Virus record (IMG/VR): IMGVR_UViG_3300014204_000134
Coordinates: 1-64,000 of that record
Strand: one strand, 5' to 3'
Source of the DNA: a virus
Taxonomy: Duplodnaviria > Caudoviricetes
DNA: 64,000 nt
In this document: positions 48,140 through 59,500 of the stretch, in pieces
Position numbering within the stretch: position 1 is the first letter of the stretch
How the letters are laid out: each line of letters begins with the position of its first letter
Notes under the pieces: generated by a model
The model's input: the letters and a program-made list of their open reading frames with translations, nothing else
Told to the model about the DNA's origin: nothing
Databases searched by the model: none
Program-made: the position numbers and the translations under genes

Positions 48140-51100
48140 TTAATGATACGCAGCAACATGTGCTGCCATAATATCATCAGTATATTGTTCTAATAACTGA
48201 ATACAATAATTTATTATATTTGTAACCCAACTTTGTGTTGCAATTTCACTACCGTTAATATAACCGGATAAACTATTAAAACTGCCATTCACATTTAGTT
48301 TATATGCACCTGGGGTAGTTGTGCCAATTGCTACATTGCCTTCAACAATTAAACCATTCTGTAATGGAGTTGTACTAAAATAATAACTATTGCCTATAAT
48401 TAAACTACCAGCAATGCCAATATAATTTTTATTTATATCGTAAGAAGGATAACCACTCCCACTAGTTATACCTGGCGTTAAAAATATTGAAGTGCCATAA
48501 CTTGAACCAATATTAACATTATCAGTAACATTTATCCATACTTCTTTATTAATAGAACCACGTCTATATAAACTTAAATTACCATAATATAAAGAACTAT
48601 TGCTGTATAAAGAATATAAGTTATAGGTTGCTGTACTACTTTGATAACCTATAAGACTACCTTCAATCATATTTATCCATAAATCATTCGCACTTCTATT
48701 TGTAGAAAATTCTCCTGTTACATTTACATTTCCAGCAATATTTAAACTACTACCATCCCAATCTAAATAACTCGTAGAATTACCTATTTTTAACTTCCAT
48801 ACTGAACTATCTTGTCCTAAAAAGAATCCTCCAGTACTATCAATATAACTTGTTTTTCCACCTAATAAATTACCTGCTAAACTTAAATTACCCAAAGTGT
48901 CCGTCCAAAATTTATCTACCCATGAACCACTTTCATATTTTTGAATCACAAATGTTTTATTACTTGAATTAGTATCTAGTAAAATTTTATTAATACTGCT
49001 TGATAAAGTAATTGTACCTGGATTTAAAGTATCACTTTGTATCGTATTGCCAATGATTGTTGATGCAGTTATATTAGTAGAAGTAATATTACTACCTGAT
49101 ATTGAACTACCTGAAATTGCTCCTGATATTGTTGCGCTTGTAGCAATTAAATTACCTGCCATACTGACTCTGAAGGGAGCAGAAGCATAACTTGCATTTC
49201 CTAGATATATGCCAGAAGAATCTACCTTAAAAATATTATTTAAACTTCCGATGGAAATAGTTCCACCAATTATAGAACTATTAGAAACAATAGATCCTGC
49301 TGTTAGCGTACCTAAAATATTTAAATTACCTATAGTTTCATCTACTTTAAAAACATCGTACCAAACTCCACTTATTTGTCCTTGAATTTTAATACCATTA
49401 TCTGTACCAAAATAATATTTAGCATTTGCTTTTAATAATTCTATGCCGGTTGATTTTAAAGATAATCCACCCATTGTTATCCCTGTTTGATCTGCGGTTA
49501 AAGCATCATTATCATTACCGTCTTTTATATTAATACCATACACACCCGGAGCAATTTGACCTGCTGTAAATCTATCTATACCACCATAAACTACTCTCAT
49601 ACCCTTGAAATCATCAAATCGAAGTGAAGAATCATAGGTTTTACCTGTTTCTAAACCCTTAATTAATTTATCTATTACTGAAATAGTTGAATAATCTATA
49701 GTTCCACTTATAGAATCTTCAATACTAGCTGTGGTAGTATATTCTGTATATTGATCTATAGTCTTATAGTCAGAATAAAAATAAACAATAGGACTATATA
49801 ATTTACCTTCGGCATCTATTGTAGTATGAACAGTTCTATATGTTCTGATTGCAAAACCATAATATTTATAATAATCTGTAGTAATGATAGTTTCTTTAAG
49901 GGGTAAATTGCGTAATATAATTCCTCTTGCATCCGAACAAATGGAAGTGTGAATATCATCTTCATAATCAACAGTATAAACACCAGATGATGATCCAACT
50001 GAAATAAATAGTTCAAATCCATCAATTGGGTTAAGATCGTTAGGAAGATATTGCCAAGATAATGCAAGATTCTTTGATGTATCTACGTTGGTGTTATATT
50101 GAATTAGTAGAGAATTTGGAGCAGTTGGTATTGTTGAGTTGAAGAGGGAAGAACCAATGTAATCCCCCGTTTTGGAGCGATCAAGCCAATCTGCTACCAA
50201 TCCAGTAGCAACAGTAGGATAAGGAATACAATCAACTTGAGTATTCCAAGTATTTTCTTGCATAGTATGTTTAATTGTACTCATAAGGTAGTCGTCGCTA
50301 ATTCCTGTTGAACTTTCAACTACCGTACATTTTCCTAAAATTAAATATGCCAACAGACTTGTTGCCGGTATAGATAATTTTTGAATTGGTTCATATAAAT
50401 TTTGATATAAAAACTGCCCTAAAACCTTCGCTTGATTTTCACTAACTATGTAATCATTAGATATTTCAAGTGTTTTTTCACCATATTTAGCAATTGAAAC
50501 TTGATTAGTAAATTTTGCCTTTATAGGTTGGAAACTCGCAATAGGTTGACCTCTTAATATTAAAGTACTAATTGTTATAATATCGCTTGTATTATTTTTT
50601 AAGGTAAATCTTATTTTACTATCTTTTTGTTCAATTGTATTTACTAAATGAACTGTATTAGCAGCAGGAATCGTTGAAAATTCCACTTCTTCACCTTGAT
50701 TATATTCACTAACATTTTTGTGTGCTGAACATAATATAGTAATATTTGTTGCTGTATCAAAACTTATTGCATTATTACCTGATGCAGAATTATTTGTTAT
50801 TTCAAGAGTATATAATCGTTCTTGTAAAGGAAGTAAAGCCATTGTTTGATATTGATAATTTACACCAACTAAAGTTCCTACGGCTAAATTACTAGTAAGA
50901 TAAATATAACCGTTTTCAATATCTATATCACTAATAGGAGATAGTGTTCCAAAATTAGGATCTGAAAGAATAACTACAGAATTATTTGTCTTATATTTAT
51001 ACTCGCCATCATCATCAAGTTCCATCTCTTTCCATAATGGTTTTTCATCTGTAGTAATTCTATTTTCGTGTCCAGCAACAATAGTATAAGATTCATTTTT

Positions 51101-51862
51101 AATTTCCTGAATATTGACATAGTTTTCCGAAACGAGTTGACTAGGGCATTCACTCTTAAATTCACTTGATATAATTATTGAATTAATCACATCTTGATCC
51201 GAATATGTAATACTTAAATCCGAAATATTATCAACTGTGAATGAATGTTGTGAAATTTCACTATCTGAAAAAAATTGTTTGAATTTAAAAGTTTCTTCCT
51301 CGTAGCAAATTACACATAAACAACTTTCACAGAGAAGTTTTAATAACTCATTCCAGGTAGAATATAAATTTAAATCACATACAGGTATTACTATACCCGT
51401 GTTATATATACTTGTTAATTCACCAGAAGGGGTGCATTCTTGGAACGCACGCAAAATAATTTCTTCAATACGATAATTTAATAATACTTCTTTATTTGTA
51501 ATTGCTTTTTTAAATACCTGTATATAAGATTCAGCAGAAAGAGAAAGTTGCTTACCTTTAACTTTCATATTATTTTTATTAAGGAAACCGCGAAAAATTT
51601 CCGAATAAGTATTGTTATACCCTGCAAGAATTTTAACTTTAGTTTTTGATAAATCTGAATTAAAATATCCAGTTGAATTATCTACTGTTAATGATGCTGT
51701 GCTTGGATCAATATTAGATAATATATAGTTACTTCCTGTAGTTTGGATAGTAACCTCAATTGATAAAACATAATCCGATATATCAGTTGCAAATGTATCT
51801 CCAATTAATACTTGATAGTTTTTTATTTTAAAAGTTTTTGCTGTTTCAGTTTGTATTGTCAA
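48140..51862 (-). CDS. minor tail / baseplate-fibre protein
   Basis: 1240 aa after distal-tail and TMP genes; SIAKYG...ISNDYI hub-like part; Gly/Ser/Thr beta-repeat C-half. Confidence 0.75.
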   Translation of the reverse strand: MTIQTETAKTFKIKNYQVLIGDTFATDISDYVLSIEVTIQTTGSNYILSNIDPSTASLTVDNSTGYFNSDLSKTKVKILAGYNNTYSEIFRGFLNKNNMKVKGKQLSLSAESYIQVFKKAITNKEVLLNYRIEEIILRAFQECTPSGELTSIYNTGIVIPVCDLNLYSTWNELLKLLCESCLCVICYEEETFKFKQFFSDSEISQHSFTVDNISDLSITYSDQDVINSIIISSEFKSECPSQLVSENYVNIQEIKNESYTIVAGHENRITTDEKPLWKEMELDDDGEYKYKTNNSVVILSDPNFGTLSPISDIDIENGYIYLTSNLAVGTLVGVNYQYQTMALLPLQERLYTLEITNNSASGNNAISFDTATNITILCSAHKNVSEYNQGEEVEFSTIPAANTVHLVNTIEQKDSKIRFTLKNNTSDIITISTLILRGQPIASFQPIKAKFTNQVSIAKYGEKTLEISNDYIVSENQAKVLGQFLYQNLYEPIQKLSIPATSLLAYLILGKCTVVESSTGISDDYLMSTIKHTMQENTWNTQVDCIPYPTVATGLVADWLDRSKTGDYIGSSLFNSTIPTAPNSLLIQYNTNVDTSKNLALSWQYLPNDLNPIDGFELFISVGSSSGVYTVDYEDDIHTSICSDARGIILRNLPLKETIITTDYYKYYGFAIRTYRTVHTTIDAEGKLYSPIVYFYSDYKTIDQYTEYTTTASIEDSISGTIDYSTISVIDKLIKGLETGKTYDSSLRFDDFKGMRVVYGGIDRFTAGQIAPGVYGINIKDGNDNDALTADQTGITMGGLSLKSTGIELLKANAKYYFGTDNGIKIQGQISGVWYDVFKVDETIGNLNILGTLTAGSIVSNSSIIGGTISIGSLNNIFKVDSSGIYLGNASYASAPFRVSMAGNLIATSATISGAISGSSISGSNITSTNITASTIIGNTIQSDTLNPGTITLSSSINKILLDTNSSNKTFVIQKYESGSWVDKFWTDTLGNLSLAGNLLGGKTSYIDSTGGFFLGQDSSVWKLKIGNSTSYLDWDGSSLNIAGNVNVTGEFSTNRSANDLWINMIEGSLIGYQSSTATYNLYSLYSNSSLYYGNLSLYRRGSINKEVWINVTDNVNIGSSYGTSIFLTPGITSGSGYPSYDINKNYIGIAGSLIIGNSYYFSTTPLQNGLIVEGNVAIGTTTPGAYKLNVNGSFNSLSGYINGSEIATQSWVTNIINYCIQLLEQYTDDIMAAHVAAYH

Positions 51863-51877
51863 ATATAAGTATCACCT

Positions 51878-52249
51878 CTATTCTTCTTCTAGTGTAAATG
51901 ACATAGTATAATAAGGAGTAAAACTAGAATCGCATATTTCTTCTAAATCTATAGTGTCGTTAGTAATTTGTGTCGTATAACTACTACTACTCGTAGGGTA
52001 TCCGGTAAATGTAATTGAATTTGAAGAAGTAGATGTAAAAAGAGTAAGTAAATTATCTTTATTTGCGGAAGATAATAGATCGAACTCTAGTAAAAAACAG
52101 TTTTTTATTATACTAAATTCAGACCACATTTTACCATTAAGTGCTCGAACAGAAGAATAACCTATACGTTTAACCGAAGGTTTGATATTTGATAATAAAT
52201 CATCTATATTAATAGAAGAGGTAGTACTATTACTAAGGGTTATACTTAT
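51878..52249 (-). CDS. distal-tail-like protein (ATA start)
   Basis: VRALNGKMW...MSFTLEE; ATA directly after the upstream in-frame TAA; SD GGAGGTGG. Confidence 0.65.
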   Translation of the reverse strand: MSITLSNSTTSSINIDDLLSNIKPSVKRIGYSSVRALNGKMWSEFSIIKNCFLLEFDLLSSANKDNLLTLFTSTSSNSITFTGYPTSSSSYTTQITNDTIDLEEICDSSFTPYYTMSFTLEEE

Positions 52250-53398
52250 TTAAACCACCTCCTTAATTAAATCATTTTTAGTTATTTTTCTTAATTCACC
52301 AAAATTATATTCTTTTTCATATTGAGAACAAATTATTTTACCATTATCAATATCAAAATGAATCCATGAATGACCTGAATTTAAGTATTCTTTAGCATAT
52401 TGAATTATTTCTATTATTTTATCATCTTGTGGTATTTTGTCCGTTATAGATATTATTCTTATTTCTTTCCAATTATTATTATATAAGGCATACCATCTTT
52501 TCCTTTGTCTTTCATTAAATTCCTCTTTTGTTTCATTACCTAATTTAACACTTAGTTCATGCCCTCCAAAATCACATTCAATATAAATCATTTCTTCTGT
52601 AAATGCTATATCTAAATTACATCTACTAAAAGGATAATTTAATTCTCCACCTATAAGATTATAAATATATTTTTGTTGATTAGAACAAGGAGCGGTACCA
52701 TTTTGATATAATGTTTTTATTTGCTTCATTTTTATTTCAGTATTTTCACAAGGTGTTTTAGTTCCATACTTTGATAAATTAGTATTTACTTTTTTATTTT
52801 TAAACTCTTCTACTTGTGTTACATATTCGCAACCATATTTATTTAAATTTGTTTTTCTTAGTTTATCCAATCCTTCTTTAGTATTTAAATAGGTTTTTGC
52901 TCCATATCTTTGCATGTTTGTTTTTAAGGCACGTTCTTTTGATTCGTTTGTTTGTGAATAAAATTTATGATTGTATTTTTCATAGTTTGTTAATATTGCT
53001 TTATTTTTTATATCTTCATTTTTCATTGGATTATCAACACCATAATTATTCAACCATGTATTTTTAGTTTTATTTTTCACATGTATTAAAGAACTTGTAT
53101 TTTCTACGTTATACTGTAATAAATTACTCTCTTTTCTTTTAATATTTCTACATTCCATACAACAATCTTTATGTATTATACTATTTATATTTTGTTTAAT
53201 ATATTCGCAATATGTTTTAATAAAAACTCTACCACAATAATCACATTCTACTTCAACTTTTATTTCACTGCCAGTTGATAATTCACTAATATATACTTCA
53301 AATTCATCTTTATTTTTTGTATAAATATATCCTTTATTTTCATAATATTTTTTGTTTTTTGGATTCCATTTTACTTTTATAATTTTAGTTTTTAACAT
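52250..53398 (-). CDS. putative homing endonuclease (DUF559/PD-(D/E)xK-like C-terminus)
   Basis: Same N-domain as 43095..44297; KYG repeats; NLDIAF...IYIECDFGGH...W.EIRI. Confidence 0.7.
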   Translation of the reverse strand: MLKTKIIKVKWNPKNKKYYENKGYIYTKNKDEFEVYISELSTGSEIKVEVECDYCGRVFIKTYCEYIKQNINSIIHKDCCMECRNIKRKESNLLQYNVENTSSLIHVKNKTKNTWLNNYGVDNPMKNEDIKNKAILTNYEKYNHKFYSQTNESKERALKTNMQRYGAKTYLNTKEGLDKLRKTNLNKYGCEYVTQVEEFKNKKVNTNLSKYGTKTPCENTEIKMKQIKTLYQNGTAPCSNQQKYIYNLIGGELNYPFSRCNLDIAFTEEMIYIECDFGGHELSVKLGNETKEEFNERQRKRWYALYNNNWKEIRIISITDKIPQDDKIIEIIQYAKEYLNSGHSWIHFDIDNGKIICSQYEKEYNFGELRKITKNDLIKEVV

Positions 53399-53407
53399 AT
53401 AATCAAC

Positions 53408-53505
53408 TCCTAACCATTGAGTTATTCTAACTAAAAAAGAAAATAAAGAAGGAGAGGGTTAGGATTATATTCCTCTCCTTATCAGTACAGTTGCGCTTCC
53501 GTACC
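53408..53505 (-). promoter_or_regulatory. structured RNA leader (hairpin + terminator with anti-SD loop)
   Basis: GGTACGG/CTGTACT hairpin; AAGGAGAGG/CCTCTCCTT terminator; TCCTAACC complementary to GGTTAGGA at the SD. Confidence 0.65.
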
Positions 53506-53524
53506 TATCTTTATTTGTTAAATA

Positions 53525-56500
53525 TTACCATCTATTTTCTTCCATATCCTTCCAGTACCCAAATATTATTGTCGCTAGATCCTTCATTGCCATTTCGTTT
53601 GCTATAATATTTCCAGCATTTACCGAATATGACATATAATAGTTGGCCGGCATGCTGCTTTCATACACAGTATTCTCTATCCTACTAGTCACCGTAGGTG
53701 TTATATTCTCTAATTCGGCAATATTTACATGTAATATACTCCCTAACGTTTGTGTCACAGAATTTAAACTATTTATTATTGAATTACTAAGAGAAGTACT
53801 TAGTCCACTTTGTAATTGTGCCATTATTACAGGTAATTTTTCTAAAACATTTGTTACAACCATAGGGATTGAGTTGAGGGAAGATTCTATTAGTTGACCC
53901 AATATCCCCCCAAAGTCACCAAATTGTGCAATTCCTGTTTCTATAGCGTCTCCAAACTCAGTACCACTAAAGAACGAGAATGCATCTTCGCCCATTTCGC
54001 TTAAAGTACCCGCCCATCTCTCCTGAACATCACCAAACGCATCCGTCAAAGTTCCAGACAAGTTAGCAAATCCTGAATCACTAAATATATCATCCCACAT
54101 TGATTGCTGATTAGTTATCAAATCAACCATTGTTTGACTCATTTGTTCTTTTAGTTTATTAAATACTTCATCAGCAACTTCGCTACTTTCTTTGAGTATT
54201 TTACTTACCTGACCAGTAACAGTATAAATTTTATTTCCAAATTCATCCAATGACTCCGTAAACAAATTGTCAAAACTAAATATATCACTAAATACACCTT
54301 TCAATTTTTCAGCAATTTCAATTTGTTTATTAATCTCTTCTAATTGTTCTCTTAAATCTTCAGCAGTTATAGGAGTTTGAGCCAAATCCACATTAATACT
54401 TGTTATTTTACTATTTATTTCAGTTAAAATTGCATCCAAATCAATATAACCCTGATTAATACCATCTATTAAACCTTCTGTAGTTGCTATTTGACCAACA
54501 ACAGAATCATTTAATATTTGTGTATCAGAGATATTACTAATATAATTTTGAATATCTTGTAAAATTCCACCAATTTGAGCACGGACACCTTCTGCTTCTT
54601 CACTAGTATCCGTAAAAAATCCATCTTCCATTTTATATATATCTTTATTTTCATTATATAAATCTTTTATTATATTAAAATTGGTGATTAAATCCTCTTT
54701 TACATTTTCAAATCCTTCAAAATTATCAGTATTAGTTAATTCACCTATAATAGCTGATATACTATCAAAATCAAAAGTTAAATAATCTTTAGTTCCTGTC
54801 TCAACAGTTTCTGCTATATCCTGTATCGCACTACTATAAGTAGCAACACTGTCTAATAAAGAACCAACTTGATTATTAAATTCAGTAGTCATTTGCTCAA
54901 AACTAGTATAATCTGCTGAATCACTAATAAAATCTTCCCATGCTAATTTTACTTCACCTAATTGTTCAATCATATAAGACTTAGCATTTTCAAATCCTAC
55001 ATATTTATTTGGATCATTCAATTCAGTAGCCATACTTGTAATTATTGATGCAAAACTATTTCTTAAAGAACCAACATTTTCTTTTGTTATTGTATCAAGG
55101 TTAATACTCCTTAAACTATTATTAATATATTCTTGTAATGGTGCTGCTAATGTCGTTGTTGTTTCTGTTGTCGTTTCTGTTCCCATGCCGAAATATTGTT
55201 CTATGAAATTCTTTAAAGGAGAAGCAAATGCTGTTTCATATTTTGCATTTTCTAAATCTTTTAAATCCTGTTCTAGTTTTGTTTTATATTCTGCTAAACC
55301 TTCTTGAACATCACCTGTATTAATTTTAAATTTCATTTCTTCTAAAGATTTTTGTTTATTTAATAATTCATCAATTTTACTTTTTTCTTCATCTATTCTT
55401 TGTTGAATATTATATTGTTGTAATTCTAATGGATCTGTTGGAATATCATCATACAAATGATTATATTTATTATATAATTCGTCAAAATAACTTCCAAATT
55501 GCTCATTAAAATCCATACTAATTAAAGTATCTTTAAAACCTTCAACTGTAGAAGTTAAGTCTTCTAGTTTTTTAATTGCACTATCAATATCTGCAAAAAC
55601 CGAAGCAAACAATTGTGCTTGCTCTGTTGTTTGTGCTAAACCACGATTTAAATCTTCAACACTACCTAATAAATATTGATATTCTTTTCTTGCTCGTTTT
55701 AAAATCTCAATTTCTGCTTCAGTAATTGTACCATTAGCTTCTTTTGCTTCTAATGTACTTATTAGCCGTGATAAACCATTAATCTGTTGTGTTATTTGGT
55801 TTAGAGCAGTTCTACTATCTTGGATTTTTTGTATACTAGCATTATACATACTATCTAGACTAGATAATCCGGTTCTAAAACTTTCTAATAGTTGCTCAAA
55901 TGGTTCTAAATTTTTATTTTTCAAATAACCAACATTTTTAAAAATATATTTTTCAAAATCAATACTTTCTAGACTTTGTTTAAAATTATCACCAATATTT
56001 GATAATAAAGTATTTAATTCTTCTAATGATTTTAGATTGTATAATTTTAAAATATCATTAAGTGCGCTTGCAGCGTTTGCTGCTGCCGTTAAATCAGTAG
56101 TAGTACCAGCAATTAAACCATTTATTGTTTCTAATAATTCAGGAGCCAATTTACCATCTTTAATTGCTTGATTGATAATATCAACTATACTTTGCAATTG
56201 AGCAGACGCATCCTTATAGTCATCTTTTCCTGCCCATTCAGCAATTTGCGCTATCATTTGATCTCTATAATCTAATAATGTTTGAATATTACCATCATTT
56301 AGATCTCCAGCTAATTGATTAAAATCAAATTTCATTCTTTCTAATTCTTTTACTTGACTAACTAAATCATCAATTTTAGTCTTTGTTTTTTCTAAGTCAG
56401 ATTGTAAAAATCCTAATAAATCACTAGGAACATCTTCAAACATATTTATAAAAGAACCATAAGCATTCTCAAATTGTTTTTCAAATTCTTCATCAATTTT

Positions 56501-59500
56501 TGAAGTCTCAATTTTATCTTTTATACTATCTAAACCATCAGAAAATAAACTAATTATATTGACAGCAGGTAATGCCATATCATTAAATACTTTTTTTATT
56601 GCATTTGCTACTTCAATCTGATGTGCTAAGTCTGCTTCTGTTTCAGTATTTTCTCCTGTTGTGTCCGCTGTAGGAGAACCACTTCCATATTCAGACTTCT
56701 TAGCTTCTAATTTTTTTTCTTGTTCTTCTAGTAATTTTAAGAAATTTACTGTTGAATTATATAACTTTACTAACGGATCTGATTTAATACTCTCATCTAA
56801 ATTATCCCATCCACTTGTAATTTTACTAATTATATCATCGCCATATTTTTCTTTTAAATCTGTTTCAATACTGCTTTTTAAATTTGTATATTGAATTACT
56901 TTAGCATTAAGATCTGCTAATTTAGCATAAAGATCTGTAAGAGAAGTTATTTTTGTGGGATCATAATTAGCATCTATATATTCTTGTTGACTTTGAGCAT
57001 TTTTTTCTATTAATTTAACAAATTCACTAATTATTGCTGCTCTATCTTCTTTCGTTGCTTTTGAAATCTGTTCTAATATTTTATCAAGATCACTACCACT
57101 TAAAATTTTATTTTCATAGCTTTTTAAAAATTCAATAAAATCAGCTAAAGTAATTTCTGTGCCTGTTGGTTTTGTTAGGTCTGTTGGATTATCTGTTGGT
57201 TTTGTGTTTATTGGGTCTGTTGTATCTGGTGGTTCTGTTGGTGTCGTTGGCTCTGTAGGTGTTGTAGGTGTTGTTGGTGTTTCTGATATAATACTTCCTA
57301 AAAGTTTAGCTATTGCTTCTCCTGCACTTACAATACTAGTATTTAAAGTCTTACCAACAGAAGCTCCTGCAATAACAAAACCACTACTAACAGAATTACC
57401 AGCATCAATAATTGCATTTTTCATGTCGGTAGCAGCATCTTCTCCACTATTACTAATAGTAGTACCTAAAAGATCCGCTAATTCACTACCACCCGCTGCA
57501 ATTGCTTCTTCAATAGTTGCGCTTATATTTTCTATAGTAAGACCTAATGAATCTAATATAGTTTGAGTTGAATCAACAATTGCTTGTGCAGCCATCATTT
57601 CATTTTGTATTCTACTCTCTTCAAGAATATCTTTTTCTGTTTGTTTTAATTCGTCTAATAATTCACTTACTCTATTTGCCTGTTCATCTAATAATTGTTT
57701 TAAATTATCACCAACAACATTGGCAGCTTCACCATATTTACCTTGATCTAATAAATTTTGTATATTTTTGCTAGTATCTTCTTGTAATTTCTCAACAGCG
57801 TCAAAATAGGCTTGATATTTAGCCTTAAACATTGCTTCAAATGCTTTATCTTCTTTTCTTTGATTTATAGATTCATATAATGAATCAAGTTCATTTTTTA
57901 AGCTTTCTACTTTACTCTTTGCTTCATTGAATTGATCTTGAATTAATTGTGCATATTTTTTTATTTCATTTAATCTAGTAATATTTTTTAATAAATCTGC
58001 TAAATTACCATTAATTCCTCCTAATGCTGCATCAATTGCAGCCATTGCATCTGCAAAATTACCAGCATCTAAAGCGTCAATTGCTTTTTGTAAATTTTCA
58101 AGTTGTATTAATGCTTCAGGGGTTAATATACGTTGTTGACTAATTTCAGTTATAATACTAGTTAATTCAGTCTTTAAATTTGCTGCTGCTGCATCAATCT
58201 CGTCTATAGAACCTGTCCATAGTAATTCATTAAATTTATTTAAAGGTTCTGTTAGTCGTGATATATAAGGAGCAAGTTCGGGAATAGCAGTTATCTTTTG
58301 TCTTAATTCATCTATTTTAGTACCATAACCTTCAATATACTCTTGTGCCATTGCCCAATAATCTTCTTCGCCCCATTGTGCCCATGCTTTCCTTACTGCA
58401 TCAACTGTTTCCCATTCTTTGTCAGTTAAAGTACCAGTTCTCCATTTGTCAAATAATTGACCTATTTTTGACATATTTCCATTATCGTCTATAAATGTTG
58501 CTTTTTTATATAAATCAGTTAATGAAGTAGTCCATAATTCACTATATTGCATTATATCTTCTGTTAGTTCGTTACTTGTAAAATATGAAGTTATATTATC
58601 TTTGATTGCTTTAATTTGATCTTCTAAATCTTTTCTATATTTATCAAAACTTTCTTTTACATTACCCATTTTAAAATCAAACTTTAATCTTTCAAGTTCT
58701 TTGGCAACATCTAGTAATTCAGAAAATTTGTCTTTTGTTTTTTGTATTAAAGCGTCTATTTTGTCAACAGCAGTAGCATCTTCATCTTCAAAAGCACTAA
58801 GAAAATCTTTATATTTTTCATTAAACATAGAATCAAATATACTATCAAATTTTAAAGTTTTTAATTTTTCTTTAGTCTCTTCAATTCTATTATTAAATTC
58901 TGAAACAGCATTTGCAGCTTTTTTAATTAATTCGTAATTTTTAAATGCTAAAAGAAGAGAATTACTATCTCTGATAACATCTTCAATTGTTAAACCATAT
59001 TGTTTTAATACTGCAATAATTTCAGGATCTAATTTAAGTTTCTCAAAATCTATTTTTTCCTGATCAGTTAATGTTCCAGATAAACTTTTACCAATCAAAT
59101 CAAAGAATTTTGTTCCTTTGTCGCCCAAATATTCTTCAAGACCTTTTTTAACTTTCATATATTCAGACATTCTTTCTTGTGCAGCACTTAATATTTGATT
59201 AGCAATATCTTCTGGTGTTCCAAATAAATTAAAATTAAACATCTTATTTAATTCTAATTTATCTAATGCAGAAATTATCTCATCACCTATATCAGAAATA
59301 TTTTGTCCTATTTCTAATTTTTTATATTGTTCATTCATTTCTTTTAATTTCTGAACAGATTGAGTTAATTCGTTATTATAATCTCCTAACATTGCGGTTA
59401 TTTTTGCTACAATTTGCTGTTGTGAATAACCTTCTTTTGACATTGCAGATATAGCAGAATTCATATCTGCTTGTACTTCGGAAGGTAAATCTGCTATTGC

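Noticed and set aside
5321-52252. Stop-codon reassignment or readthrough as the explanation for genes lacking ATG starts
   Set aside because: The upstream in-frame stops include TAA, TAG and TGA, long genes contain no internal stops, and a well-spaced SD precedes each ATA/ATT/ATC.
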